From contig CP181398.1 in assembly GCA_047946875.1 (NCBI GenBank), positions 399,154 to 463,153 on the forward strand: a DNA stretch of 64,000 nucleotides, read 5' to 3'. The notes under the pieces were generated by a model. It did not search any database and was not told the DNA's origin. It was given only the letters and a program-made list of their open reading frames with translations. This DNA comes from Candidatus Kerfeldbacteria bacterium (GTDB lineage Bacteria; Patescibacteriota; Patescibacteriia; UBA10025; JAHIVO01). Position 1 is the stretch's first letter. Each line of letters begins with the position of its first letter. The translations under genes and the position numbers were made by a program. Of the stretch, positions 21,535 to 27,964 are shown in pieces.

Positions 21535-22194
21535 ATGGCATTAATAGAATTAAATAATTTACATCGTGAGTACAAACAAGGATCAAGAATGATCCACGCT
21601 GTTGATGGAGTCAATCTCAAAGTTGAGAAAGGGGATCTATTAGTTATCTTCGGTGAGTCTGGTAGTGGTAAAAGTACCTTACTACAGTTGATTGGTGGTC
21701 TAGAAAGACCAACCAAAGGTAATGTAGTGATAGATGGTCAAGATATTACTAAAATGAGCGAAGCAAAATTAACCAAGCTTCGTGGTCAGAAAGTTGGTTT
21801 TATATTCCAACACTATAATCTAATACCTACGTTAACTGCTCTTGAGAATGTAGAAGCAGCTATTATCGATAGATCAAAAGATGATACAAAAAAAGCTACT
21901 GAAATGTTGGAGATGGTTGGGCTTAAAGATAGAGTTAAGCATCTACCAAGTTTATTATCAGGTGGTGAACAACAACGGGTCGCTATCGCTCGTGCTCTTA
22001 TTAATAAACCAGCAATAATATTGGCAGATGAACCGACTGGTAATTTGGATTCCAAAACTGGAGAAGAAATAACAGTACTTCTAAAGAAATTAAACGATGA
22101 ACATAAAATGACTTTTATATTAATCACTCATAGTGAGTACAATAGAAAATTCGCTAGTAGAATCATGAATATCAAAGACGGTAAGCTAAAGTAA
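21535..22194 (+). CDS. MacB/LolD-type ABC ATP-binding protein
   Basis: [34 protein letters not shown]. Confidence 0.95.
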   Translation: MALIELNNLHREYKQGSRMIHAVDGVNLKVEKGDLLVIFGESGSGKSTLLQLIGGLERPTKGNVVIDGQDITKMSEAKLTKLRGQKVGFIFQHYNLIPTLTALENVEAAIIDRSKDDTKKATEMLEMVGLKDRVKHLPSLLSGGEQQRVAIARALINKPAIILADEPTGNLDSKTGEEITVLLKKLNDEHKMTFILITHSEYNRKFASRIMNIKDGKLK

Positions 22195-22211
22195 CACTTG
22201 TTGCCAACATT

Positions 22212-22299
22212 TGTCATTCTGAGGAGTTCGGCATGGCCGGACGACGTGAGAATCTCCTGACCTACGGTCAGGGGTCTCTTCATTTTATTCAGAGAGACA
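22212..22299 (+). repeat. TGTCATTCTGA-family paired palindromic repeat (REPIN-like)
   Basis: TGTCATTCTGA...GTGAGAATCTC...CTCTTC...TCAGAGAGACA. Second copy at 32860-32967. Confidence 0.85.
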
Positions 22300-22309
22300 T
22301 TTGTTTGTG

Positions 22310-22361
22310 AGGCCCCCAAACCCCAAATGATTAAAATCAATAATGATTTTAAATAAAAATC
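22310..22361 (+). repeat. Degraded internal fragment of the ~325-bp element
   Basis: GCCCCCAAACCC...ATTAAAATCAATA...AATAAAAATC matches the middle of the reverse complement of 40839-41163. Confidence 0.6.
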
Positions 22362-22381
22362 AGTTTATATATCTGGCTGGT

Positions 22382-22410
22382 TTGACAAATTATATATTAA
22401 AGTTTAACAT
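22382..22410 (+). promoter_or_regulatory. Sigma70 promoter
   Basis: TTGACA-17 bp-TAACAT. Confidence 0.65.
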
Positions 22411-22448
22411 AAAAATTGTTATACTATTTAATAATTATTAAATAATTT

Positions 22449-22760
22449 ATGAGCGTTGAAAGAGAAGTATTTATTGAAGGAAATTTTGAAATATTAAAAG
22501 AAGAAGCCGAAGCTGTTTTGTTTTATGCCAAAGATCATAAATGGTTCGCAGTTAGAAGTGATATTTCCCATTTGATAGATGCAATTGATAAATACAAACT
22601 TACCTCAACAGACGAAAATAAAGCAGCAATACTAGAGATTGTTTTAAAAGCAGAAGCAATGTATCTTGAAGATAAAGATAATGGTCATGAAAAATTGACC
22701 GATGACACAAAGGAAGAGATCGAGAAATCATTTACCACAATAAAAGAAAAACTTCAATAA
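22449..22760 (+). CDS. Hypothetical helical protein
   Basis: 103-aa ORF with its own promoter. Confidence 0.75.
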   Translation: MSVEREVFIEGNFEILKEEAEAVLFYAKDHKWFAVRSDISHLIDAIDKYKLTSTDENKAAILEIVLKAEAMYLEDKDNGHEKLTDDTKEEIEKSFTTIKEKLQ

Positions 22761-22779
22761 AGTAAGTTAATATAATCCT

Positions 22780-22868
22780 TGTCATTTCGACCGAAGTGGA
22801 GAAATCCTTATCAGGTTGGTATTTTATTATTTGGTTATAAAGACTTCTCGCCGCTAGCTCGAAGTGAC
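22780..22868 (+). repeat. TGTCATTTCGAC-family paired palindromic repeat
   Basis: TGTCATTTCGACCGAAGTGGAGAAATC ... GACTTCTCGCCGCTAGCTCGAAGTGAC. Left arm is identical at 23868-23894. Confidence 0.85.
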
Positions 22869-22877
22869 TAAGGTAGA

Positions 22878-23109
22878 TAAGAAGCCCCCAGACCCAACTT
22901 ATTAGAATAAATAGTCAAATTAAATACTAAATAAATCGTACCTTAGAATAAAATGTCACAAAATATGTAGTTGAGGAACGACCCGTAGGGTTTACTTAAC
23001 TTAAGCGTGAGCGGTTTTAAGTAAAAGTGACAAAACAAGTATTTTGTTAATTTTATTTTATGTGCGAAGCTTCTTTTGTTACTTTTCTTAGCATGAAGAA
23101 AAGTAAGGC
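22878..23109 (+). mobile_element. Partial copy (one end + middle) of the ~325-bp hairpin-ended element
   Basis: 22933-23109 equals the reverse complement of 40839-41015 with 4 mismatches in 177 bp. TAAGAAGCCCCCAGACCC is also shared. Confidence 0.85.
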
Positions 23110-23180
23110 AAGAATGTTGAAATATATCACACTGAACAACATATTAATAGATGAAAGATCGCAAAGCTTTATTTAACTTC

Positions 23181-23247
23181 AGGCAGAGCAAACGCTCTGT
23201 CTTTTGCCTGTCTGCCCGCTTCGCAGCGAGGCGAGCCGAAGGTAGGC
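23181..23247 (+). repeat. H hairpin + nested REP copy 1
   Basis: AGGCAGAGC-AAAC-GCTCTGTCTTTT then GCCTGTCTGCCCGCTTCGCAGCGAGGCGAGCCGAAGGTAGGC. Confidence 0.9.
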
Positions 23248-23276
23248 TTGATTCATGGCTAATAAAGGAGTACGAT
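23248..23276 (+). promoter_or_regulatory. Sigma70 promoter abutting the REP
   Basis: TTGATT-17 bp-TACGAT. Confidence 0.6.
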
Positions 23277-23340
23277 AGAAAGTGAGTAATCTCTCAAATA
23301 CTAGGAGATTAAAAAGCTAATAATAATTAAAGAAATATAT

Positions 23341-23790
23341 ATGGAAGACCATAAGAATACACCAAATCCAGAACAGGAGAAAAAGATGGAAGACTCGTCT
23401 TTTAATCCAAAGGAGCAGGCAAAGGACATGATAGATGACGTGAAGGGGATGTCCAACGTAAAACCTGGAGATTTTAAACCAGGGAAAATAAAAGGAATGC
23501 CAACGGCATTAATTATTATTCAGATTCTCTTGATTTTGAGCGCAATAGGTTCGCTGTTTGGTGGCGTTTATGGAATCATCGGTACCGTTATTGCTCTTAT
23601 TACCGTATGGGGAATAAACAAACGTGCAATGTGGGCATACTGGTTATTAATCATCTTTATTTTATATAGCATTGTTATAACATTAGTTAATTGGATGGGC
23701 TATGGTTATGTGAGTCTTGTTATAGACGCGGTTCTACTGTATTACATTACTAAGTCTAAGAGTTGGTTTATGCCACAAGATAAAGCGTAG
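23341..23790 (+). CDS. Hypothetical membrane protein (~4 TM, disordered N-terminus)
   Basis: Charged N-terminus followed by hydrophobic helices. Confidence 0.8.
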   Translation: MEDHKNTPNPEQEKKMEDSSFNPKEQAKDMIDDVKGMSNVKPGDFKPGKIKGMPTALIIIQILLILSAIGSLFGGVYGIIGTVIALITVWGINKRAMWAYWLLIIFILYSIVITLVNWMGYGYVSLVIDAVLLYYITKSKSWFMPQDKA

Positions 23791-23812
23791 TAACACCGTA
23801 ACTTTAACCACT

Positions 23813-23840
23813 TTAAGGCAGGACGAAAGTCCTGTCTTAA
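23813..23840 (+). repeat. H-family hairpin
   Basis: TTAAGGCAGGAC-GAAA-GTCCTGTCTTAA. Confidence 0.8.
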
Positions 23841-23867
23841 GTTTATTTTTTTATAAAAAAATAGAAT

Positions 23868-23895
23868 TGTCATTTCGACCGAAGTGGAGAAATCT
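23868..23895 (+). repeat. Single arm of the TGTCATTTCGAC repeat
   Basis: 27 bp identical to 22780-22806. Confidence 0.85.
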
Positions 23896-23906
23896 TTAAT
23901 TTTTTC

Positions 23907-24080
23907 TTTAATACTTTTTGACAGCAAAAAGTATCGGAAAAACTGCTGGGGGCTTCAATGCGCTACCAGTAATTTTCAGGTAATAATTTGAGAATGGCTT
24001 AAGAAGCCCCCAGACCCTAAGTCATTAAAATAACTAGTTATATAAAAGATTTGATAAAAATGCACCTTAGAATAAAATGT
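23907..24080 (+). mobile_element. Partial copy (other end + middle) of the ~325-bp element
   Basis: ATACTTTTTGACAGCAAAAAGTAT...GGGGCTTC..TGCGCTACCAGTAATT...AGAATGGCTTAAGAAGCCCCCAGACCC...GCACCTTAGAATAAAATGT matches the reverse complement of 40992-41163. Confidence 0.85.
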
Positions 24081-24158
24081 TATATACCTTCTGTCATTCA
24101 TGCCGAAGGTAGGTATTTAATTTAAAAAAAAGGACCACATTGTGATCCTTACTTTATT

Positions 24159-24479
24159 TTACAAAGTCACCATAGGGGAGTCGTAATTCCACTGGAAGCT
24201 GATGGAATATTCAGCGGCAGACTTGCACGCCTTTTCCATCGGCTTTTTTAGTTTGTGAGCGAGTTGGACTGCCTTACTCTTTTCTGACAGGTTAGTGTCG
24301 GCGGAAAATACGATAATATTTCCATTGGAATAAGATTTTCTGATGTGCCATTTGAACTCGAAATCTTCAAACTCAGACTCTGAATTTATCTTTTCTAACA
24401 AGTTTGCCGCGAGCAGTTCGCATTGGGCATTGTCGTTATAACCAACACTGAATTCAAATCTCATGTTATAGGTGCTCAT
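24159..24479 (-). CDS. Hypothetical protein
   Basis: Strong SD AAGGAGGT before ATG 24479. Promoter TTGACA-17-TAAACT at 24544-24516. Confidence 0.75.
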   Translation of the reverse strand: MSTYNMRFEFSVGYNDNAQCELLAANLLEKINSESEFEDFEFKWHIRKSYSNGNIIVFSADTNLSEKSKAVQLAHKLKKPMEKACKSAAEYSISFQWNYDSPMVTL

Positions 24480-24572
24480 TGATAACCTCCTTTTTGTATT
24501 TTTATTTTTCATATAAGTTTATAATTAATTTAGTTATTTGTCAAGACTTATTTAAATTACCCCAACTTAAAT

Positions 24573-24635
24573 CAGGATGAAAGTCCTGTCTCTTGCCTGC
24601 CTGCCCGCTTCGCAGCGAGGCGAGCCGAAGGTAGG
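24573..24635 (+). repeat. H hairpin + nested REP copy 2
   Basis: CAGGAT-GAAA-GTCCTGTCTCTT then GCCTGCCTGCCCGCTTCGCAGCGAGGCGAGCCGAAGGTAGG. Confidence 0.9.
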
Positions 24636-24664
24636 TTTATATAATAAATCGTGATATAATTATC

Positions 24665-24956
24665 TTGGTTGACTTAGAAGTTTAAGTTGACTAGTTGACC
24701 AATAGTTAATCAATGGAGGATTCCTATGATTGGCAAACGTTTGTTCTTAGAGGTCGTCGCCTAGGATTCGCACGTCTTGCGAGAAAACCTACTAGCGTAG
24801 GATGCTGTACCCGATCTAGTAGGTAGTAATGGTGTTGGCAGGGCATCCCGACCTCACTTCATTTGAAGGAGTATGCTCACTGTTTAGTCTTTTGACCAAA
24901 CAGACGTACAGAGACTTACCCTCGGAATGTTTTATATATTCCGAGGGCCCTTTTTT
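24665..24956 (+). ncRNA. Candidate structured RNA / small-peptide transcript
   Basis: Extended -10 TGaTATAAT (24652-24660), several stems, terminator CCCTCGGAAT/ATTCCGAGGG + T-run, no long ORF. Confidence 0.45.
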
Positions 24957-24981
24957 AATTTTAGTTTAAGTTTTATCTTTT

Positions 24982-25022
24982 GCCTGTCTGCCCGCTTCGC
25001 AGCGAGGCGAGCTGAAGGATGG
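24982..25022 (+). repeat. Nested REP copy 3
   Basis: GCCTGTCTGCCCGCTTCGCAGCGAGGCGAGCTGAAGGATGG, preceded by TCTTTT. Confidence 0.9.
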
Positions 25023-25023
25023 T

Positions 25024-25893
25024 TTATTCTTCCAGACAGCTAATATCTGTTCCTTGTTTAACGGGTCCTGATGCTTCAACTAGACCGACAATACCAGGTG
25101 CTGTAAAACTAATACTCATGTTACTCTCGTTAACTGAACCAGTTACAGTGCCAAACTCACCCATAGAAAAAGTAAAGCTTCCAGAAGAATCTGGTGTGAA
25201 AGTAATAGTCTCAGATGCATCGTCTGTGTTTGTTCCGCTTTCACCTACTATTGTCCAAATCCAATACCAAGTACCAGTCCACTCTGAGTCAATACTCTCT
25301 CCGCAGGTATGAGCTGTAAAGGTTAATTCGTGCGAAGCGGTCATGGGTGTTCCTTCAATATCATAGACTGCCTCATCAGACATAGAAGCTTGGTAACCTG
25401 GGCATCCATCTTTGTGCCATTCACCAGCTCGCATTTCGCACTCTGTTTCTGATAGTTGTTCATTGAATGGTGCGCAGCAACCTTTATTACATTCTTCTAA
25501 ATCTTCGCATTTACCAGGTTTTGATGTGCCAGCCCGTTGTTCGCATTCGACTTGTGATAATTCCGTACAAAATGGTACACAACATTCAGTCTGACATTGT
25601 TCGATTTGGTCGCAAGTTGTGTTATTATAAGTGCCCCCAAATTGATCACACATTTCTTTTGTGTCTTCAGTACATTGAGGTGTACAACAACCAGTCTGAC
25701 ATTGTTCTATATTACTGCAACTACTCTTATTCCATGTTCCGCCATGAGTGTTTACACAGGCATCTTGATCTGTTTCTGAACAAAAAGGCATACAACATCC
25801 TTGATCTTTATCATCTGAAATATTAATGCCACATCCACTCAATACCAGTCCGATACCGATAACGAAAGCGATGATTCCAATTGTTTTTCCCAT
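25024..25893 (-). CDS. Lipoprotein with four Cys-rich repeats
   Basis: Lipobox LSGC, 4 x ~35-aa (G/E)CCxPxCxEx5Cx3-4(G/A)Gx6C repeats, beta-rich C-terminal domain. Confidence 0.85.
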   Translation of the reverse strand: MGKTIGIIAFVIGIGLVLSGCGINISDDKDQGCCMPFCSETDQDACVNTHGGTWNKSSCSNIEQCQTGCCTPQCTEDTKEMCDQFGGTYNNTTCDQIEQCQTECCVPFCTELSQVECEQRAGTSKPGKCEDLEECNKGCCAPFNEQLSETECEMRAGEWHKDGCPGYQASMSDEAVYDIEGTPMTASHELTFTAHTCGESIDSEWTGTWYWIWTIVGESGTNTDDASETITFTPDSSGSFTFSMGEFGTVTGSVNESNMSISFTAPGIVGLVEASGPVKQGTDISCLEE

Positions 25894-26031
25894 AAATTTA
25901 TATTTAATTTTAATTATCTCTATTATAACATATTGTTTTGTTTTTCAATAACTGTCTATGTTTTAGGTATCAATAGCACCTGTGGGATCGTTATTATGAT
26001 AAGCTATCTTATTCTGATTTTATTTTGGTTC

Positions 26032-26085
26032 AAGTCCTGTCTTTTGCCTACCTGCCCGCTTCGCAGCGAGGCGAGCCGAAGGTAG
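26032..26085 (+). repeat. Half H hairpin + nested REP copy 4
   Basis: AAGTCCTGTCTTTT then GCCTACCTGCCCGCTTCGCAGCGAGGCGAGCCGAAGGTAG, followed by TTGATT-17-TAAGCT. Confidence 0.9.
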
Positions 26086-26159
26086 ATTTGATTTTTTTAT
26101 ATCCAAAGAGTAAGCTGTATTAATCACTAAATTGTTCTTTAGAGAAAGAGAGATAAATC

Positions 26160-26627
26160 ATGATTGAGATTGTTGATTTTCAACGTCGATATTTTGAGGG
26201 GATGGTGGATTGCTACAACCAAGGTTTCCCTGACGGACATAACCGTTATACTCTAGCTAGGTTAAGTCGTTTTCAGCGAGATTCAATATTTCTCGCTATC
26301 AATGAGTTTGATCTTGTGGTCGGAGTACTTATCGGCATTACTTCAGTTCGTGAAGCTTGGTTTACTGCGCTGACCTTACTACCAAATGTCGGCAATCAAT
26401 CCCAGATTATTTTTCAGTTAGCAAATCATCTTTCTAACCGATTCGTAGATATGGGATTTGATGAAGCGCATCTTACTACTAAACGCCGAAGTATACATCG
26501 TTTGGTTCAGCGCGTTGGTGCACCAAATATTGTTGAAGTAAAGAATTGTTACTTTGATGACCAAACTAGGTGGGTGGTGACCGTTAACCGCAGTAATTTG
26601 CCACAGCTTATCAAGCTTATTAATTAA
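26160..26627 (+). CDS. Putative GNAT-fold acetyltransferase
   Basis: RimI-like layout (IFLA..E..VVGVLIG, CYFDD near the C-terminus). The acetyl-CoA motif is degenerate. Confidence 0.55.
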   Translation: MIEIVDFQRRYFEGMVDCYNQGFPDGHNRYTLARLSRFQRDSIFLAINEFDLVVGVLIGITSVREAWFTALTLLPNVGNQSQIIFQLANHLSNRFVDMGFDEAHLTTKRRSIHRLVQRVGAPNIVEVKNCYFDDQTRWVVTVNRSNLPQLIKLIN

Positions 26628-26685
26628 GCATATTCAAGAAAACCGTTCATACTGTGATCGGTTTTTATTATTAACATTCCTTTAA

Positions 26686-26710
26686 AGCAGAGCAAACGCT
26701 CTGTCTTTTG
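26686..26710 (+). repeat. H hairpin, empty site (no REP inserted)
   Basis: GCAGAGCAAACGCTCTGTCTTTTG is identical to 23183-23206 but is not followed by the REP. Confidence 0.85.
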
Positions 26711-26873
26711 TTTTTTTTAACTGTGGATGAAATGTGTGTAATTGTACTAATTTAGGCCCTAAAAAACTCTAATATATTCTTTTATTTAGTTCAGACAGGG
26801 GTAGGAGTTTACATTTTTTAAGACTTTTTAGTAAATTTTTAGCTAGTTTTAGCATAAAATTGGTACCCCATCC

Positions 26874-26927
26874 TTGCAATTTCTATATGTTGTGGTATAA
26901 TGATAGTATACATACAACATATAGTAA
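26874..26927 (+). promoter_or_regulatory. Promoter overlapped by tandem NrdR-like boxes
   Basis: TTGCAA-16-(TGg)TATAAT. Boxes tttCTAtATgTTGtgg (26880) and ataCAAcATaTAGtaa (26912), 32 bp apart. Confidence 0.6.
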
Positions 26928-26940
26928 AAAAAGGGGGAAT

Positions 26941-26981
26941 TTGCTACCTGAGAAGGTATAGAAGATTGTGACGTTAGAATT
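26941..26981 (+). pseudogene. Possible remnant of an ATP-cone N-terminus
   Basis: SD AGGGGG, then TTG CTA CCT GAG AAG GTA TAG AAG [at] TGT GAC GTT AGA ATT, resembling MLPEKVxKRDGRI. Confidence 0.35.
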
Positions 26982-27072
26982 TTTAAATAATTAAATCGCC
27001 AAAATCAAATTATATCGTTTCTAGGTAGTTACACTAGGGTTTTTTGGATATAATTAATAATTTTGGCTAAAG

Positions 27073-27939
27073 ATGCTTATTAGCAAAAATATGAAAAAGA
27101 ATAAGAAAAACAGTAATAGTAAGACTAGAAACAAATTTGAAAGATTTAAAAATTGGTTTAAATTAAGACCTATATTAAGAAATATTATAATCGGTATAAT
27201 ATTAGGTATTATTTTTTTAATTGCAAATGAAATACGTGCAGGAATGAGGGCAGATGAATCATCGAAAGAAATAACTGAATCATTTTCTATATTAACAAAT
27301 ACAATTATTAATGATGAAGAATTAGATGAATTAAAAGTTTATGATTTTGAAGAATTTACAATAGTAGGTGATATCAGATTTGATAAAAATTCTAAAGTAA
27401 TGTCACTTGGTCATGAAAGTAATTTTGCATACTTTCTTTCAAAGATGTGGTTATCTGAACATGCAACGATAAAAACAAAATTTATTCCTCTTACAGAAGC
27501 CGCTGATTACTACATCATTGTTGAAAATGTTTTTCAAATTATTATTGGAGATGGAGATCGACGTGCAATTAGTCTAAAGTCATTTGTTGGAGGAGGAGAT
27601 TGGGAATATGAACAGCCAGTTAACCGAGCAGTAGATTTATCTCCACGATATTATCTTGACCGAAATTTTCCAATAAATAATTTTGTTATTGTTGAAATAG
27701 ATGTAAGCGCAAAAGTGATAGAAGGAAATAAACGTACTGTGAAGCTGGATATAAGATTTACAGATGAAAATGGGGATGTATATAATACTTTAGACTTGGA
27801 AAATATTACTTGGGAATTTGTCGTTGAAAAATCGACAAATGATATAGCGCGTTATGGAGTTGGTCTTATTGATCCAAGCGGTCAGCATATGCCGAAAGTA
27901 AATTTTGAATATTTACATATAACCGAAAAACAACAATAA
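27073..27939 (+). CDS. Hypothetical single-TM protein with extracellular beta-rich domain
   Basis: Basic N-terminus, one TM, beta-strand pattern. Start may be 27091. Confidence 0.75.
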   Translation: MLISKNMKKNKKNSNSKTRNKFERFKNWFKLRPILRNIIIGIILGIIFLIANEIRAGMRADESSKEITESFSILTNTIINDEELDELKVYDFEEFTIVGDIRFDKNSKVMSLGHESNFAYFLSKMWLSEHATIKTKFIPLTEAADYYIIVENVFQIIIGDGDRRAISLKSFVGGGDWEYEQPVNRAVDLSPRYYLDRNFPINNFVIVEIDVSAKVIEGNKRTVKLDIRFTDENGDVYNTLDLENITWEFVVEKSTNDIARYGVGLIDPSGQHMPKVNFEYLHITEKQQ

Positions 27940-27964
27940 AATTAGATTAACAGAATAAAAATAT

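Noticed and set aside
24750-24860. tRNA or tmRNA (7-bp GAGGTCG/CGACCTC stem followed by A)
   Set aside because: No TTCRA T-loop, D arm or anticodon arm.
24573-24920. RNase P RNA (GAAAGTCC...GACTTA) or group I intron (CAGAGACT)
   Set aside because: GAAAGTCC belongs to the repeated H hairpin, other RNase P conserved regions are missing, and there is no downstream S element or host gene for an intron.
23206-26085. CRISPR array from the four 42-bp repeats
   Set aside because: Spacing is ~390-1390 bp with genes in between, and no cas genes are present.
22195-26710. Classical integron
   Set aside because: No IntI gene, no consistent RYYYAAC...GTTRRRY attC boxes, and the genes face both directions with their own promoters.
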